DNA from: the human T2T-CHM13v2.0 reference genome, Homo sapiens
NCBI RefSeq assembly: GCF_009914755.1
Contig: NC_060930.1
Length of the DNA stretch: 64,000 bases
Strand: one strand, 5' to 3'
A program made the position numbers and the translations under genes. The notes under the pieces are model-generated. The model searched no databases. It was given only the letters and a program-made list of their open reading frames with translations, and was not told the origin of the DNA. Shown piece by piece: positions 40,511 through 54,089 of the stretch (position 1 is the stretch's first letter; each line of letters opens with the position of its first letter).

Positions 40511-42493
40511 AAGAAGTCATGTTAAAATAAATTTTTAAACTGTTAGGTTATTTCAAGCTGAAGAAAACCCAGGGCCACACATACCATGATGTAAATGGTG
40601 CCTTCAAGTGCATTCATGATTTAAATGAAATCATGAAAAAACAATAAGCTGTAGATATTATCTGTGTTTTATTGTAGAAATTTAGTAAATATATTCAAAT
40701 AGGATAAGCAGAAAACTATTTTGGAGCTTTTGCATGAGCTGTCACAGAAGTTATAACAATCAGTAGTAAGTATTTTTAGTTAGAAGAAAAATAAACCTCC
40801 TTGTTTTGTTTACATTACAGCCTATGTTGCCTTCTTGTATTTGAAAATATGAAATATTTTTCTGATTTTATTATGTATAGATATGTTATCCTGCTATTTC
40901 TTTGATATGAAATATATCAAAATTAGTATCAATAATACATTTTTGTACATTCATGTGGCTATTTTGTAGAGATAGTGATATTTTAAAATATATATAACAT
41001 ATAACCATTATTTAGAATTAAATTCAGAATTACATTAAAAACAACTATATGTATTTCTGTTCCTGGAAATGTTACTGAGCTCAGTGTTACGTGTGTGATA
41101 TTTTTTGAAGTGGGATTTATGAGGATCTGTAAATGATGTTTAACAGAAATAACATGGACTTTAAAAAAGTAACCTTCTAAGACCACTATAAAAGTAATGG
41201 TTCTGCCAATGCTGGCAGGTTTTACTCGGTCAGAGAAAAGCTGTCAAGGACATTCACCACTTGACCAAGGGAGAGAAGTACAATTTTATTGGAGAGTGTT
41301 ATATGTGGTGTCAAATTTTGACCTGATTCATTAAGATTCAGTGCTTTTACTGGGATATTTTTAAAGCAGAGAAAGAAAACCTTTTATCTACTTCCAATTA
41401 CATCGTAGGTATTTGCCTCTGGCAGAAAAGCTTTATGAATTCAGCAGATACTTAGAGAATTCTACATGTAACGCACTCCACTAATCACAAAAGGGATACA
41501 AAAATGAATCAAATGTGGGCCCTGCCTTTTGGAAGTTCATTCCAGTGAGGAAGGTCATATGTGCATAAATCTAAAATAATAAGGTATTAAGTGGTTAGCA
41601 TCATATGAGAAATATATAGATAAAACATTAAGGGAACTCAAAGGAGAAGTGATTTATAGCTGAGGAGACTGAAAAATTGAATGGATGAGGTATTGAGATG
41701 TGCCTTTAAAGAAGAGATGTCCAAACGTGATCAACCAAAATACTACTTGAGATCACATTTATAATAAAAGATATGTTATAAATTAAAGAAATACTATGAG
41801 AAATTAGAAGTTTTTAAGGAAAAAATTACCCAAAAAATCTTAAAGAAATGTTAGGTAAGATTATATGATAATATTGGGAGTCACAGCCAAAATAAAATTA
41901 AATATTTCTTACCTCCATAAATTTAGGTAGACATTTGAACATATCTACAAATATAAGTATTATCTTCACTATTTTAAAGATCCCTTATTGTACATTTTAA
42001 AGATTTCTATGATATGTAGTAGAATGAATATATAGTTTTAAACTATATATATAGTTTTAAACTGTCAGTCTAACTCTAAAATAACAAGTTTTACCAGCAA
42101 ATTTATAGTACAAGATCTTGGTTCTGCTAGAGAAACCTTATTCAGTTAATACTATCAAGAATTCCAGATTTTTTCGAAGAAACAGTTAAACACTATTTAT
42201 AGTTTTTTTTAATATATTTTCTAACATCTAATATACCAAGATTTTGCCAAATTGTTGTAGAGTTAATATTTATATATACCAGGGTCTACCATGAAAGATA
42301 TTGCACTACTTATTACTATACTGTAATAGTATAAGAACTGTTATTTACTTATACATGGCCTCTTCTTGTGGTCACTAACATGATAACTTGTTTTGAAAGT
42401 TACCAGATTTTTTATTTGTACATTTTTCTTGTTACAGCTCAGTATTTATGACTGACCATCTACCTATTCCTTCCGTTGTCTTCATTTGTGTAG

Positions 42494-42553
42494 GTTCTTC
42501 ATCACCACACAATTCAGATGATGAACAAAAAATGAATAATTTTATAGAAAAGG
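42494..42553 (+). CDS. STXBP5: STXBP5 alternative exon (~exon 20), 60 nt, GSSSPHNSDDEQKMNNFIEK (b-tomosyn insert, part 1)
   Basis: tgtgtag| acceptor, AGG|gtatag donor, phase 1-1; with the next exon gives the 36-aa b-isoform insert. Confidence 0.93.
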
Positions 42554-42651
42554 GTATAGTATCTTGATTTTAAAGTATTTTCTTTTATGTTTAATTTATT
42601 TAGTTTACTTTGACTAGATTTTGACATTTTATATCAAAATATTGTTTTCAG

Positions 42652-42699
42652 TGAAGACCAAAAGCAGAAAGTTTTCCAAGATGGTAGCCAATGATATAG
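42652..42699 (+). CDS. STXBP5: STXBP5 alternative exon (~exon 21), 48 nt, VKTKSRKFSKMVANDI (b-tomosyn insert, part 2)
   Basis: ttttcag| acceptor, TAG|gtagga donor, phase 1-1. Confidence 0.93.
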
Positions 42700-44975
42700 G
42701 TAGGAAATAGAAATTTCTATTTTGTTTCTAATCCTTGCTATATGCAGTGCTAACCCAACACCAGAATTATCCAGTGCATTGCATTTTTGTGTAAATTTGT
42801 TGTTCCTATGCTAAAAAAATAATCTCTTGGGCTGTGTCTCTTCTAAACTCATTGGGGCAATAATTATTAAAAATCAGTTCAATTGGGTTGCAGTTCTTTC
42901 TCTGACTTACAGTGTGAATTTCTCTGTTAATTTTATTTTTGCTTTACTTTAAAATAAAGCAGGGTTCAATTTATGCCGTAAGTAACACAATTTTATACTC
43001 CGAAGTTTTGAAGCAATGGTTTCTTTATAGTTTTATTTGTGTTTTTTCTACCTTTATTCTGTCTCTCTCATATTTTCAAGGCCCCGTATTTCAAGGAAAT
43101 GGTTTTCTAAAAGATTGACTCTTTTAGTCTATAATCTGTACCGCCTTTGGCAAAGTTAAATAGGAATTTTCTAGGACTGCCCCTACTCTCTCACCGCAAG
43201 TAAAAAATGCATTGCTTCTTGTGATTGTTTTTGTGAATATATGTTGAGATGAATTGCTCAGTCCAAAGTTCTCAAAGTTTAAAATTAGGGAACAAAATAT
43301 ATAATCAAACTTTGAGGACATAATCAAATTAGGGTTTCAAGGTCACGAAAGTTCAGATGTTCTCCAAAGATTTTTAAAGTCTTGAAAAACACTTTTAGAA
43401 AAAGAGGATAAATTTGATCTTTGATTTAAATTCTAAATTTTTATCATACAGTTATTGTATTATTTCCTCCCAAAACCTCTATCACATATTCTTTGAATTC
43501 AGTCAAATTAGAGGAATTTCTAGGCAGATGGAATAGTTTTACTTTTTCTCAACTGATAATGTTTTAGATATGCTTAAATTTTCAAAAATTCTTAGAAGTA
43601 ACATCCATGTTGTCTGTATTTTATAAATTGAACCCTGTTTAGTCATATTAACGGTGGCTGACTGTTAGCCCCTTGTCATTTTTTAAATAAGGTGGTTTAT
43701 TCTTGGGCAAAGGGCTCTTCATTTATGGAGAATCAATTATTTATCTTTGTATTTGTGGGGTTTTAGTGACTCTTTTGGTAATAGTTAAATCACTGTAATT
43801 ATGTACTAGCACTATGGCACAATAGTCTTTAACCAATTTCATTTATTGTGTATTCTATCTTAATAGTACATTAGAGGTTCTTTTGTTGTCATATTATGCA
43901 AAAAGAAAAGATTTTCCTACTTACATTTTACTAAACAACTTTAAGAATTAAATTACCTAGGGATTTTACCTTGCATGAAAGGGACTTTGTACATAATTAA
44001 ATTTTTAAAAACAATTTTTCTGTCTTATATTTTGTGCTGGGGTTCTATTTATTAAATGTACTGACTACCTTCCCATTTTTTCTTGTTTTAAATAGAATAT
44101 GTAACATGTAATACTTGAGCTTGACTATTTGAAAGACTACATTAGAAAATTTATCAGTGTTGATAATGTTATTGGAAGGATAGTTCTTTGATGACATTCT
44201 TGCTTTATTTTTATCTTATTGGTGAGTTTTACTTTTTGTCACTCCAGTTTCTGTAGTTATATATTTTGGGGAAAGCATGTTATGTTAACTTCATTCAGCT
44301 TTTCAAAATTTTGGTAGTACAGTTATGCATAATTATTTTTAAACCTCAGGAAGCATTGTTATATCCTTTGGCTTTGTTTGAACCTTTCAGTGTGTTTTTT
44401 TAAATCACAAGATTTGGGTATACAGAAGGAAAGTTAGTGTCACGTTTTTTTTCTTCTTTCAAAGGGAGACTGCCCCATTTTAGACTGTAAAGTTTTTTTG
44501 CATTTGAAAAACTAACACATTAGTTTATCTCCCTACATTAGTATTTAGTTTTGTTATAAGAATTAGCATAAAATATGCTATTGAAAAACATAAAATGTCA
44601 ATGAAACATTGGAAAAAAACTCATAGATCTTCTGAGGACCTCCCTGTCAAGACTGGTATTTTGTGCATGAAGCTGTGGTGTCAAAAGTATTAGGACTTCT
44701 TGAGCATTCTGAACTCACCGTATCATCCGATCTGGTACCTGCTATGAAGTATCCTGAACCTCATGAACTTACCACCTCTTCTTCCTCAATATACAAGCAT
44801 TTATAGCTTCAACTTATAGGTAGTTATACAGTGGCTGGGAAAACATAAGAATTAGTACCTCCAGGGTTGCACTAGTAAAAGAGCCACCTTGTGTGGAAGG
44901 TGAGTAAATAGCTTGGCCCTGAAAGTTTGCCCCTGAGTTTTACCTGTTCTTCGAGAGTAACTGCTGCTGGTGTCA

Positions 44976-45019
44976 GTTTGTGTGTGTGGGTGTGTGTGGG
45001 TGTGTTGTGGGTGGGTGGT
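44976..45019. repeat. UG/G-rich tract with four GGG runs
   Basis: GGG at 44988, 44998, 45009 and 45013 within TG repeats. Confidence 0.8.
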
Positions 45020-45199
45020 ACAGGATGGCAGTCACAATTTAATGGTTAACCCAAGCATGGGAAATCAACCACCCTACCTTTTTTTTTTAACTGCCTGACA
45101 GTACAGCTGAGGTAGCTGAGACTATAATGATAAGCTTTTTGAATGTATTTAGCCTTTATCTTATAATTTTTCTGGCATGTGCCAGCTTTTTATAAATAA

Positions 45200-45372
45200 T
45201 TTTTCTCAATCCACACAATAATCCCAGCGGGTTAGTTACTACTGTTTCCCTGTTTTACAGATAAGGAAACTGAATATAAGTAATGTATTTGTTGGTACAC
45301 AGCTAATAAATGAGAGCAGGATTTACACCCAGGTAGCCCCACTCCATGGTCTGTCCTCTTAAACACTGTGCT
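45200..45372 (-). mobile_element. MIR
   Basis: TTTTACAGATAAGGAAACTGA…ACACAGCTAATAAATG…CCCAGGT. Confidence 0.75.
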
Positions 45373-46774
45373 ATGTTATCTCTTAATACAATTTACAGAA
45401 AACTAAAGGATTCAAAAGCAAATTCATGGTGTGATTAATAACCAGATAATTTGGTTATGGCCCTGTTCTATCTACACAATAATCTGGAAAAAAAAGATTA
45501 AGTTCTGTGTTAGAGCCAGATCATGGATGCCATCTTGGTACCCATCACTCAAGTATAATATAGTGTCTGGAAGTCTACCTTCCTCAAAGACTAGACTCAA
45601 AGGAAGGATAGCTAGAGCAAACTCTGGAGTACCCTAGCCCATCTACCCAAAGCCTAGCTTCATAGTTTATTTCCTGATTGAAAACTAAATCAGATGAATG
45701 ATCCTGACAATGACCTTGATCTTGCATAAGAAGAGCAGCCTATAAAAAAATAGTTTTAGTCTTGTGAGTTTGACAGCAAAAACATAACAGAATATAATGT
45801 AATTGCAGCATCCACAAAGAAAGCTTCATGCATGTAGTATGTATGCATATGGTAATTTGTTTTGCCTGTGTATACCTTATAAATCTTTATTAGTAAAATC
45901 TTGATTACCAACATTTTCAAAATCCATAGTTTTTCTGTACTGCTATAAATCACTTAGAAAATAAGATAGGTTATCAATTTTTTATTTACTTGTTATTTGT
46001 TTTACAAAAATTTGAAAGTATAGAGTTTCACAAAGCTTTTTGTTATTTTTAATTTATATAAAATAGTCCTACAATGCATATCTTGGTTAATGTATGAATC
46101 AAATTTTTCATGATATCCTTATGAATAAAATACAGCCTACATGCTAGCATTGTTTGATAAATTTGAAACTACATGATTAACCTTTTCTAAAGATTATTCT
46201 ATTTCATTATGGTTTTGTTTCATGCTAAAAGTAGATTTCTAGCTGGAACCCATAGTCTGTGACCTGGCCTATATCCAGTTTTATTACTAATTTTCTTATG
46301 GAAGGAATGATTACCAAATTCCTTCTGGTTACATGAAGTTGTGAGGGGAAAATAATACCAAGGATAAAAAATAATGACTCGAAATTATGGTTACTTAAAT
46401 GAGTGCTTTGCCGAAAACAAGTAGAAATAATAGCTTCATTTATTGGGCACCTCCTAAATTCTAGACACTATACCAGGTATTCTTTATGTGGTATTTATTA
46501 ATGGAGGGAAAATTATGTTTCCAAGGTTACTTTTATCTCTCCAATTCTGAGTTAACATAATTATTTAGGTAAGGGTTAACTTACTTAGCAAAAACTGGAA
46601 TAATTTTTGAATTCAGTTTAAATGACAATAATGTTCTTTCAAGTGCTGTTTTTATTAGTTCTCTTACACATGAATCTCAGTGATTCCTTTTTTAAAGTGT
46701 TCCAATATAACTAAAGTCTTCTCTTTGTTGTTTTATTCTACATCACTAACTCATTAACTCACATAATTTTAAAG

Positions 46775-46900
46775 CAGTTCTAACACCTTTATTTTTCAAG
46801 AAAAGAAATTGAATGTCAGAGAAGTTAAGTGACACATCCAAAGTAATGCCCCATGGTAGTGACTTAGGACTGGAATCCAGGCTTCTTGAGTCTTGTTTTA
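46775..46900 (-). mobile_element. MIR fragment
   Basis: CAGAGAAGTTAAGTGAC…GGACTGGAATCCAGG. Confidence 0.6.
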
Positions 46901-47747
46901 CTATGTATAGCATGTTTCACACTTCATACTCAACTATCTGCTTTTGCTTTCTTATGTGATTGCTTTTTCTTGTGTGTCTTCTCAATTCTTTTGTATCTAC
47001 AAGTTAAAAAATAAATTCACAAAGGTTCATTTAGATCTGTTGCCATATGAATGAAAAAGTGTATATTAAGTCGTATTTTAAGTTATCAAATTATTTTATT
47101 CATTGTAAAACTCAAAATAGTGCTAGTATTTCTACTTTACATTCCCCAGTATTCAACCTGAAACGTGGCTATTGAATTTGTAGAATTTAGCTTTTATATT
47201 CAATCCACAAGATGGCTATTGAAAGGAGATGCTCAGTTTGAAAGGGATGATTAGTAGTGTACAGTGATACCATTTTTACAGGTGATTTTAATATTTTCTA
47301 TTTTGAAAGAAAATTATTTCTTGCCCTTAATTGGTCAAGAACTAAATTTTATAGGCAGATACTTCAAAATTATTATATGAGTCTGAGTACTAACAAATTC
47401 TTTTTCTTTTTTAGAATGAATAAAAATTGGAAAGTATTGGCATATTGTATATTTAAATTTAAATTTTATTTTTGAATGTATTTTCTGTCAAATTTCTTAA
47501 TAAAATGTGCTGGAAAGTCTGTGTTTCATATTCCTGTACTTACTGTATGTGTACTTATCCCTCTATTGAACTGTCTTTTTTTACATTAAAAGGATATGCA
47601 ATGACCTTTCTAGAAATAAACTGTAGTTTGCTTCCTAGCATAAAGAAAATTAGTCTGAGTTAGTCACATTACTGAAATAAACCTTTGTCAACTATTATTT
47701 GAACAAAACTATAAATGTGGCAATTTATGTTCTGTCATTACTTATTT

Positions 47748-48116
47748 TATTAGTTTGTTAGGACAGCCACCACAAAATACCACAGACTGGGAGGCTTAAA
47801 CAATTCGGGAGGTTAGAAGTCCAAGATCAAGGTGTCAGTGGGTTTGATTTCTTCTGATGCCTCTCTCCTTGGCTTGCAGACAGCTGCATTCTCATTGTAT
47901 GCCCACATGGGTTTCTGTGCAGAGTACAACCCTGGTATCTGTGTATCCACATTTCTTCTTCTTATAAGAACCAATCAAATTGGATTAGGGCTCAGCCTAA
48001 GGGCATCATTTTAACTTAATCACTTCTTTAAAGGCCTGTCTCCTAGTATAGTAGAGGAACTGGGGCTTAGGGCTTCTATATATGAATTTTGCAAGGATAC
48101 AATTCATTCCATAACA
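47748..48116 (-). mobile_element. MLT1A/B-family MaLR solo LTR
   Basis: TATTAGTTTG…ACAAAATACCACAGACTGG…GAAGTCCAAGATCAAGGTG…ACAATTCATTCCATAACA. Confidence 0.85.
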
Positions 48117-49752
48117 CTGTGTTAGGTTTATGTAATACCTTGTATTCGGTACAGAATTCTCTTTGAGATGTTGCAAAGAGTTTAATTATGATGTTATTTA
48201 GACATTAAGTTTTATGAATGCTTGGAAAGCAGATGGGTCAGGAAAAAAATTGAAGACAAAAGCTCTGGGAGTTCAAGAATGAAAAGAACTTGGTATAGTC
48301 AAGTGTTTACTAGACAAGTACTCATATCTTTAAAGATTTACCTCTATTTCAGGTAATAGATATAGATTCTATGGGTATTTTCAGAAGTCGTCTTTTTGAT
48401 TAACAGGTCTGTATTTAATTTGCCCTCTTTTTCACTTTATTTCTTTTCATTTGTGAAGAAATTCATCATTCTATATAAGTAAAATTCCAATGACAGTTTT
48501 GGTTCATTTATTCATTGCAATTATTTATTCATTGTGTTTATTAAACACACATTAAATGCTGGAAACAGACATATATAGAGCGTTTACAAGATAAATTCTG
48601 TTTCTGAACTCCTGGGATGTTTTAGCATGGGAGATAGACATTGGTATTATTAGTTCTAATGGCTACTAAAATACATACGATACATGACAAGAGAGTTTCT
48701 ACTTCTTGGTTCCACTTTTCTTCTTGGATTCCTTACTATATCCTGCAAACTTGAGTTTTAATTCCTTTACTATCTCAGTTGTTTTATTTAACACAAATAC
48801 ATTCCAACATTATCCCTTTCAAGAGAGTAGTGTTGGATCTCTGCCTGTGGTGACAAAAGTAATATTGTCATTTTATTCTAATTGTTGAAACTCTCGGTAT
48901 AAACAAAAATCAACTTGCTTTTATGACAGCTTCATCAGTCATAGTTCTTTTTACCTTTTACCTTTACGTTATTTTTTACTATAAATTTCAGATTCTAAAA
49001 AGTGAAGTTATAGTTCTGTTTTTCTTTCAAGAATGCTTGTTTAGAAAAAAGATGTGGACACAGTGGGTAGAAAAACTAAAGGGAAATTACAAAACATCTG
49101 TTTAATTTGCTTCTCTTGGACATCATACATCTTTTGTTGGTATTGAAATTTGCATTGCAGACATAATTATTGTGATCAGGTATAACTTCGTTATTCCTAC
49201 TAAACAAATGCAGCTCTTTACTGTTTATACAACCAGACAGTTTGATGTCCTTATTCAGGTTTATAAGAAGAGAGCAATGACCCACCTTAACAACCTGCCT
49301 ACACTCTCTGAGACTAGTTTTCCTCAGACTGAAGAAACCTTCTGTCAGAGGCAAGGGTTGAAGAATACACAGTGGAAGAAGAAAACAGAAACAATGTGTC
49401 TTTCAATAACTCATCCAGATTGCATGCTTTCAGTTTGAAGGTCACAATAGAAGATGAGTAACTTCAAGACATGAACAGAAGTTTCTTGATAAGTACAGTG
49501 AAACGAGCTAGCTGGGTAAATGAGTTTCGTAAGTGATTCTGGGACTCCTGAGAATTAGAAATATGAACATCATAAAATTGTTGGACAAAGTCTACAACCC
49601 CATCATCACAAAGTTATACCAGTGTACAGAGTACAAGCCAGGAGGACCGACTGACTAGAGGTTCTCCAGAGATGGGTCTACTTCTTGTAGTGGTCTTGCC
49701 ATCAAGGAGGTTGGCTAAACAGACCTGAAGCGAGTATATTCCCCAGAAGTCA

Positions 49753-50096
<344 letters not shown>

Positions 50097-50109
50097 TTAG
50101 GTTTGGGAC

Positions 50110-50600
50110 TTAGCCACCCACTAAAAACAACTATAAAAATTGGTCAAAAGATACAAACTTAGTATTTCCAGGCATTGAACAGCAGGCTTTCCAGGACTGT
50201 CATCCTTGAGAAAATGGAGATACATGAGGTGAGCCCCACGTTTCTCCCACCTTTCTGCTCAGCTTTCTGCGACAGAGCACGTTCCCGTTGCAGCACAAGT
50301 GGAGCTGCAGTATCAGAACCTAAGGAGGCAGAGAGTGGAATTCTGGGTTGCTGGCATGACTGGAATATTTGCTAGAGAGGAGGAACTGCTCCAAGAAGTT
50401 CTAGAAGTCTCTGGACATTCAAACTAGGTCCTGAGAACTGTATATTTTAAATGCTTGCATTGGAACTGTTTTAAACCAATGATCTCAAGTCTTTGTCTTA
50501 AGTTAGAAAAAGAAGGGCAAATTAAACGCCAAGTTAATAGAAGGAATAAAATAGCACAAAGTAGATATCAATGAAATAATACATAAATAATAGAGGTAAA
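50110..50600 (+). mobile_element. Old L1M fragments (5' region and ORF2 piece)
   Basis: Degenerate L1M-like similarity judged by eye. Confidence 0.5.
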
Positions 50601-51984
50601 GAGTTTTCAAGGATGAAGGTGAACAGTTTTCAAGTATGAAGACAATAGGCAGACATTTCTAACCATGAAAGAAGCCAAGGAATACAGCAGTCATTTTTAA
50701 GAACTACCTCATGATGAAAGTTCCACAATTAAGTACTACAGCAAAATAACCCAAGAGATGGAAAGCCATGGTAGGAAGACTGATGTTGATCTTTAAATCC
50801 ATTTAAACTTAAAAGCTACACTAAACCTTTGTGCAAATTGTGATTATAATATACCAGTTGTAAAACTTATAAATGTGAAAATAATATAACTAATACAAAT
50901 CAAGAAGAAGGAATGTTTGATCATAAAAGGAAAAGAGGGCTACTTTCCTGATCTTTCGTAGCTGAGAGCCAATATTTACTGTCTAATAGTTACAGAAATA
51001 TTTCAACCTCTGAATGTTTTACACAGTGTATTTTCCTGTCCTTGGAGCTTTTAAGAAAAGATACATCTTGTAATAAAAAAAAGTTTGAAATATAGTAGTT
51101 CCTTTAGCTTCACTTTAGTTAGATGTAAGGAAAAGCAAATGTTTATTGTATTTAAGCATATAGTATCACAAGTGTCTGCAAATATTTATTAGTGGCTATC
51201 TCTATACAAAGGATGATATCAGATGGATGTTCAATTAATTTAATGATTATTTCTGGTTAGCAGGATGTTGGGTGATTGTTTTTAATGTATACTTTTCTGT
51301 ATTATTTGAATTCTTTATAATAAGAATGAATTATTTTTACAAAAACAGTTTAAAATTTTAGTTTAAATGTTAGTAATGACATTATATCTGGTTAACAATT
51401 GCTCTCTGAAGTTTTCCCAGCTTTACACTAAAGTACCTATGAAATCAAAGAAAAACATGGACATTCAGTTTCAGCAGGAATTAGGTAAGGATAAGTGATC
51501 ACAACCCAAGTCAACATTGCCACTCAAGACAAAGCCTTGGTAGATACTGCACAGTTCTTCTGCCTGCCACTTACAAGCATTTAGATAGATGCCTCTTCAT
51601 GCAAGGGAAAGAAACCCATTACAGACATCCTAGGATTTAAATCCTTTCCCTCCCTCCCTCCCTCTCCCTCACCTCCTTCCTCCTACTCCCTGTCCCCACC
51701 CTGTGAAAGGCATGCATGCAAAATAGACAAGATTCAGAGGTAGATAAGCGATAACTAGTTAACATTTCAGATTTCTCAGCTGCACTCAATACAGTAACAA
51801 AATGGACCAACTTCTTAAGTTTTGAGGGGATATAGTTGTGAGCAAAACTTTGACATTTTACCAAAGTTACATATGTTTTTCTTTGTTTTCATCTAAACAG
51901 TTTTTGTAGTATTATACTTAATATACCTTTGAAAAAATACTAAAAGCACACTTCAGAGCTCCTTGGAGTTGGGGGAGTAGTACT

Positions 51985-52815
51985 GGCATTAATTTCCTCC
52001 TATAAAACTCTATCCTAAGGAAATCCAAAATATATGCAAAGATTTATGTACAACATTTTTATTCCTGTGTATACTGAAAAATTGGAAAATGCCTAACTGA
52101 TTCATAAGTGTTCATATAAATATGCAACCATTAAAATATACTGACAGTTAATGACATTAAGAAATGCTTGTTTTAATAGTGAAAAGCAGCAGGATACTGA
52201 TTTCTTTATATAGTTGATCTCAACTATGTAAAGAAAAGTGGACTTTTAAAAGTGGTAGGAAATATGCAAAAATGTTGCTTCTGACTATGGGCATTAATAC
52301 TGACCTTTTTTCTGTTTCTTTATTGTCCAAATTTGCTATGAAAACACATAATTCAAAATAACTCAAAGATAAAAAAGCATATATAACATAAGATACAGTA
52401 AGAGAATATAATCTGATATAGCCCTCTGAATCTGTTAATTAAGAGGATACATATTTACATTCATTCTGTGCATTGAAAAAAAAATACAAGCTTTAAAATA
52501 TTTTCAGGAGGAAGCTAAAAAACATCCTGAGTTTAAGACACCTTACACAAGAGTTGATACTGTGATTTCATCAGTATATTGTTGTAGAACAGGCAAAACT
52601 GATCTGTACTTAAAAAGCATTAGAGCCTTGGTTATTCCCGGAAATGGGACAGGGATTGATTAGGAAGAAGCATGCATGTCCTTTTTGGGGTGAGTGGTAA
52701 TGTTCTTTATCTTGCTCGTTCTAACAGTTTGAGTTACAGAGGTGTATATATTGTCAAAACTCAGTGAATATACTTTAAAATTTCTGCATGTGTATGTAAG
52801 TTTTACATCAAAAGA
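51985..52815 (+). mobile_element. Old L1ME-like 3' end fragments
   Basis: ACAGGCAAAACT…GGTAATGTTCT…TTGTCAAAACTCA L1ME 3' UTR motifs. Confidence 0.6.
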
Positions 52816-54089
52816 AAATATACTGTTAACCAAAAAAGAAATGTTTGGGGAACATCTTGTTTCGTGAAAATGTACAAAGTCTCTCGCTGGTTTTGTCTCC
52901 ACATCCCATGGTCTTAGATAAGTGTTCCAGACTGAGATAGGGTATAAATCCCATGTACTCCAGTTGACACCTTGTGCCTACCTTTGTGAGTAGTACATAC
53001 TACATTTTGGAGTTGTTTCATCTAATGTGAGCTCCTGGGAGGCCAGAAGTATATCCCTGCCCTCTGGCACATTACAGACATATGCCCAGTAGATATTTAA
53101 TAAATGAATATTCACACCTCCACATGTAACAGGTTTTTCTGTACTCATGGAAGGCCTTAACTCTGTATTTTTAAATATTACTTGATAGCTAGAATTAACA
53201 CAAGTAACAAAAGTTAATCTTCTAATGTTGTCATTTCAAGTTCTGCATTCAAGGAGATTGCTTAAAATTTTATCCAAATATAATAGCAATATGGCTGAAG
53301 TATCTGTCAAAGTTGGTGTCCAGGTTGCGGATATCCACTTGCAAACTGTTTTGGGAGAAAATAATAAATTGACTATATTAAAATTTATATGACATTTATA
53401 GTAAAATTACTGTATTCAACAATCTTTCCAGTCATTTTGTGTGTGATTTTAACCTCTCAATAAAAATGTTGAAACTAGACTAACTGAGAATTATTTGGAA
53501 AGCTGGTTAGTTATATTTAGTATTTTTTACATAATAAATTTAAAATAGTACTAGAAAAAAACTTTTATTCTATGGGAGAGGTTAACTTAAATTTTTAAGA
53601 ATACTTGAGCTTATATAAAAATTTTTTAGTAGAAATCCTAAGGAAGATCAAAAGCATGCACCTAGAAAATTCAGAAGGAAATTTTCTGCTGGTAAATTTT
53701 TTGGCAGCAATGTATGTATAGATGGTGAATGAAAGCATAAATATGTTAAATAAACGTTCCTAATTGATTAAAATATGTATTTAACGTTTAATGTATTCAG
53801 AGATGAATTTGTTACTTTTATCTTATAAATCACTGAAGTTATTACTCTTTGTTTAGCCATATATATTTAGTTTTTGAAATGAACTTAAAAGGTTGAGCTT
53901 ATTATAGTGGTGCATTGCATTCTATACTTTTGTGCTAAATTTTTTTTATGGTTTTGTTTTAGTTTCTTAGAATTTTGCCATAGAATTAGAATGAAGGAAC
54001 ATTAGGTTATTCGCAAGTATAGTAGTAGCTCATCTGTATAGTGTTTTACATTTTATGACAAGTTTATATCTCACCTTATTATTAACAAT

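Noticed and set aside
46560-46575. TTAG|GTAAG recursive-splice-like site (similar at about 41852, 51482, 60650)
   Set aside because: No adequate pyrimidine tract, and the introns are much shorter than typical recursively spliced ones
53910-53943. GTGCATTGCATT…TTTGTG.TAAATTT resembling 42774-42798
   Set aside because: 12-mer matches are expected by chance in 64 kb of AT-rich DNA
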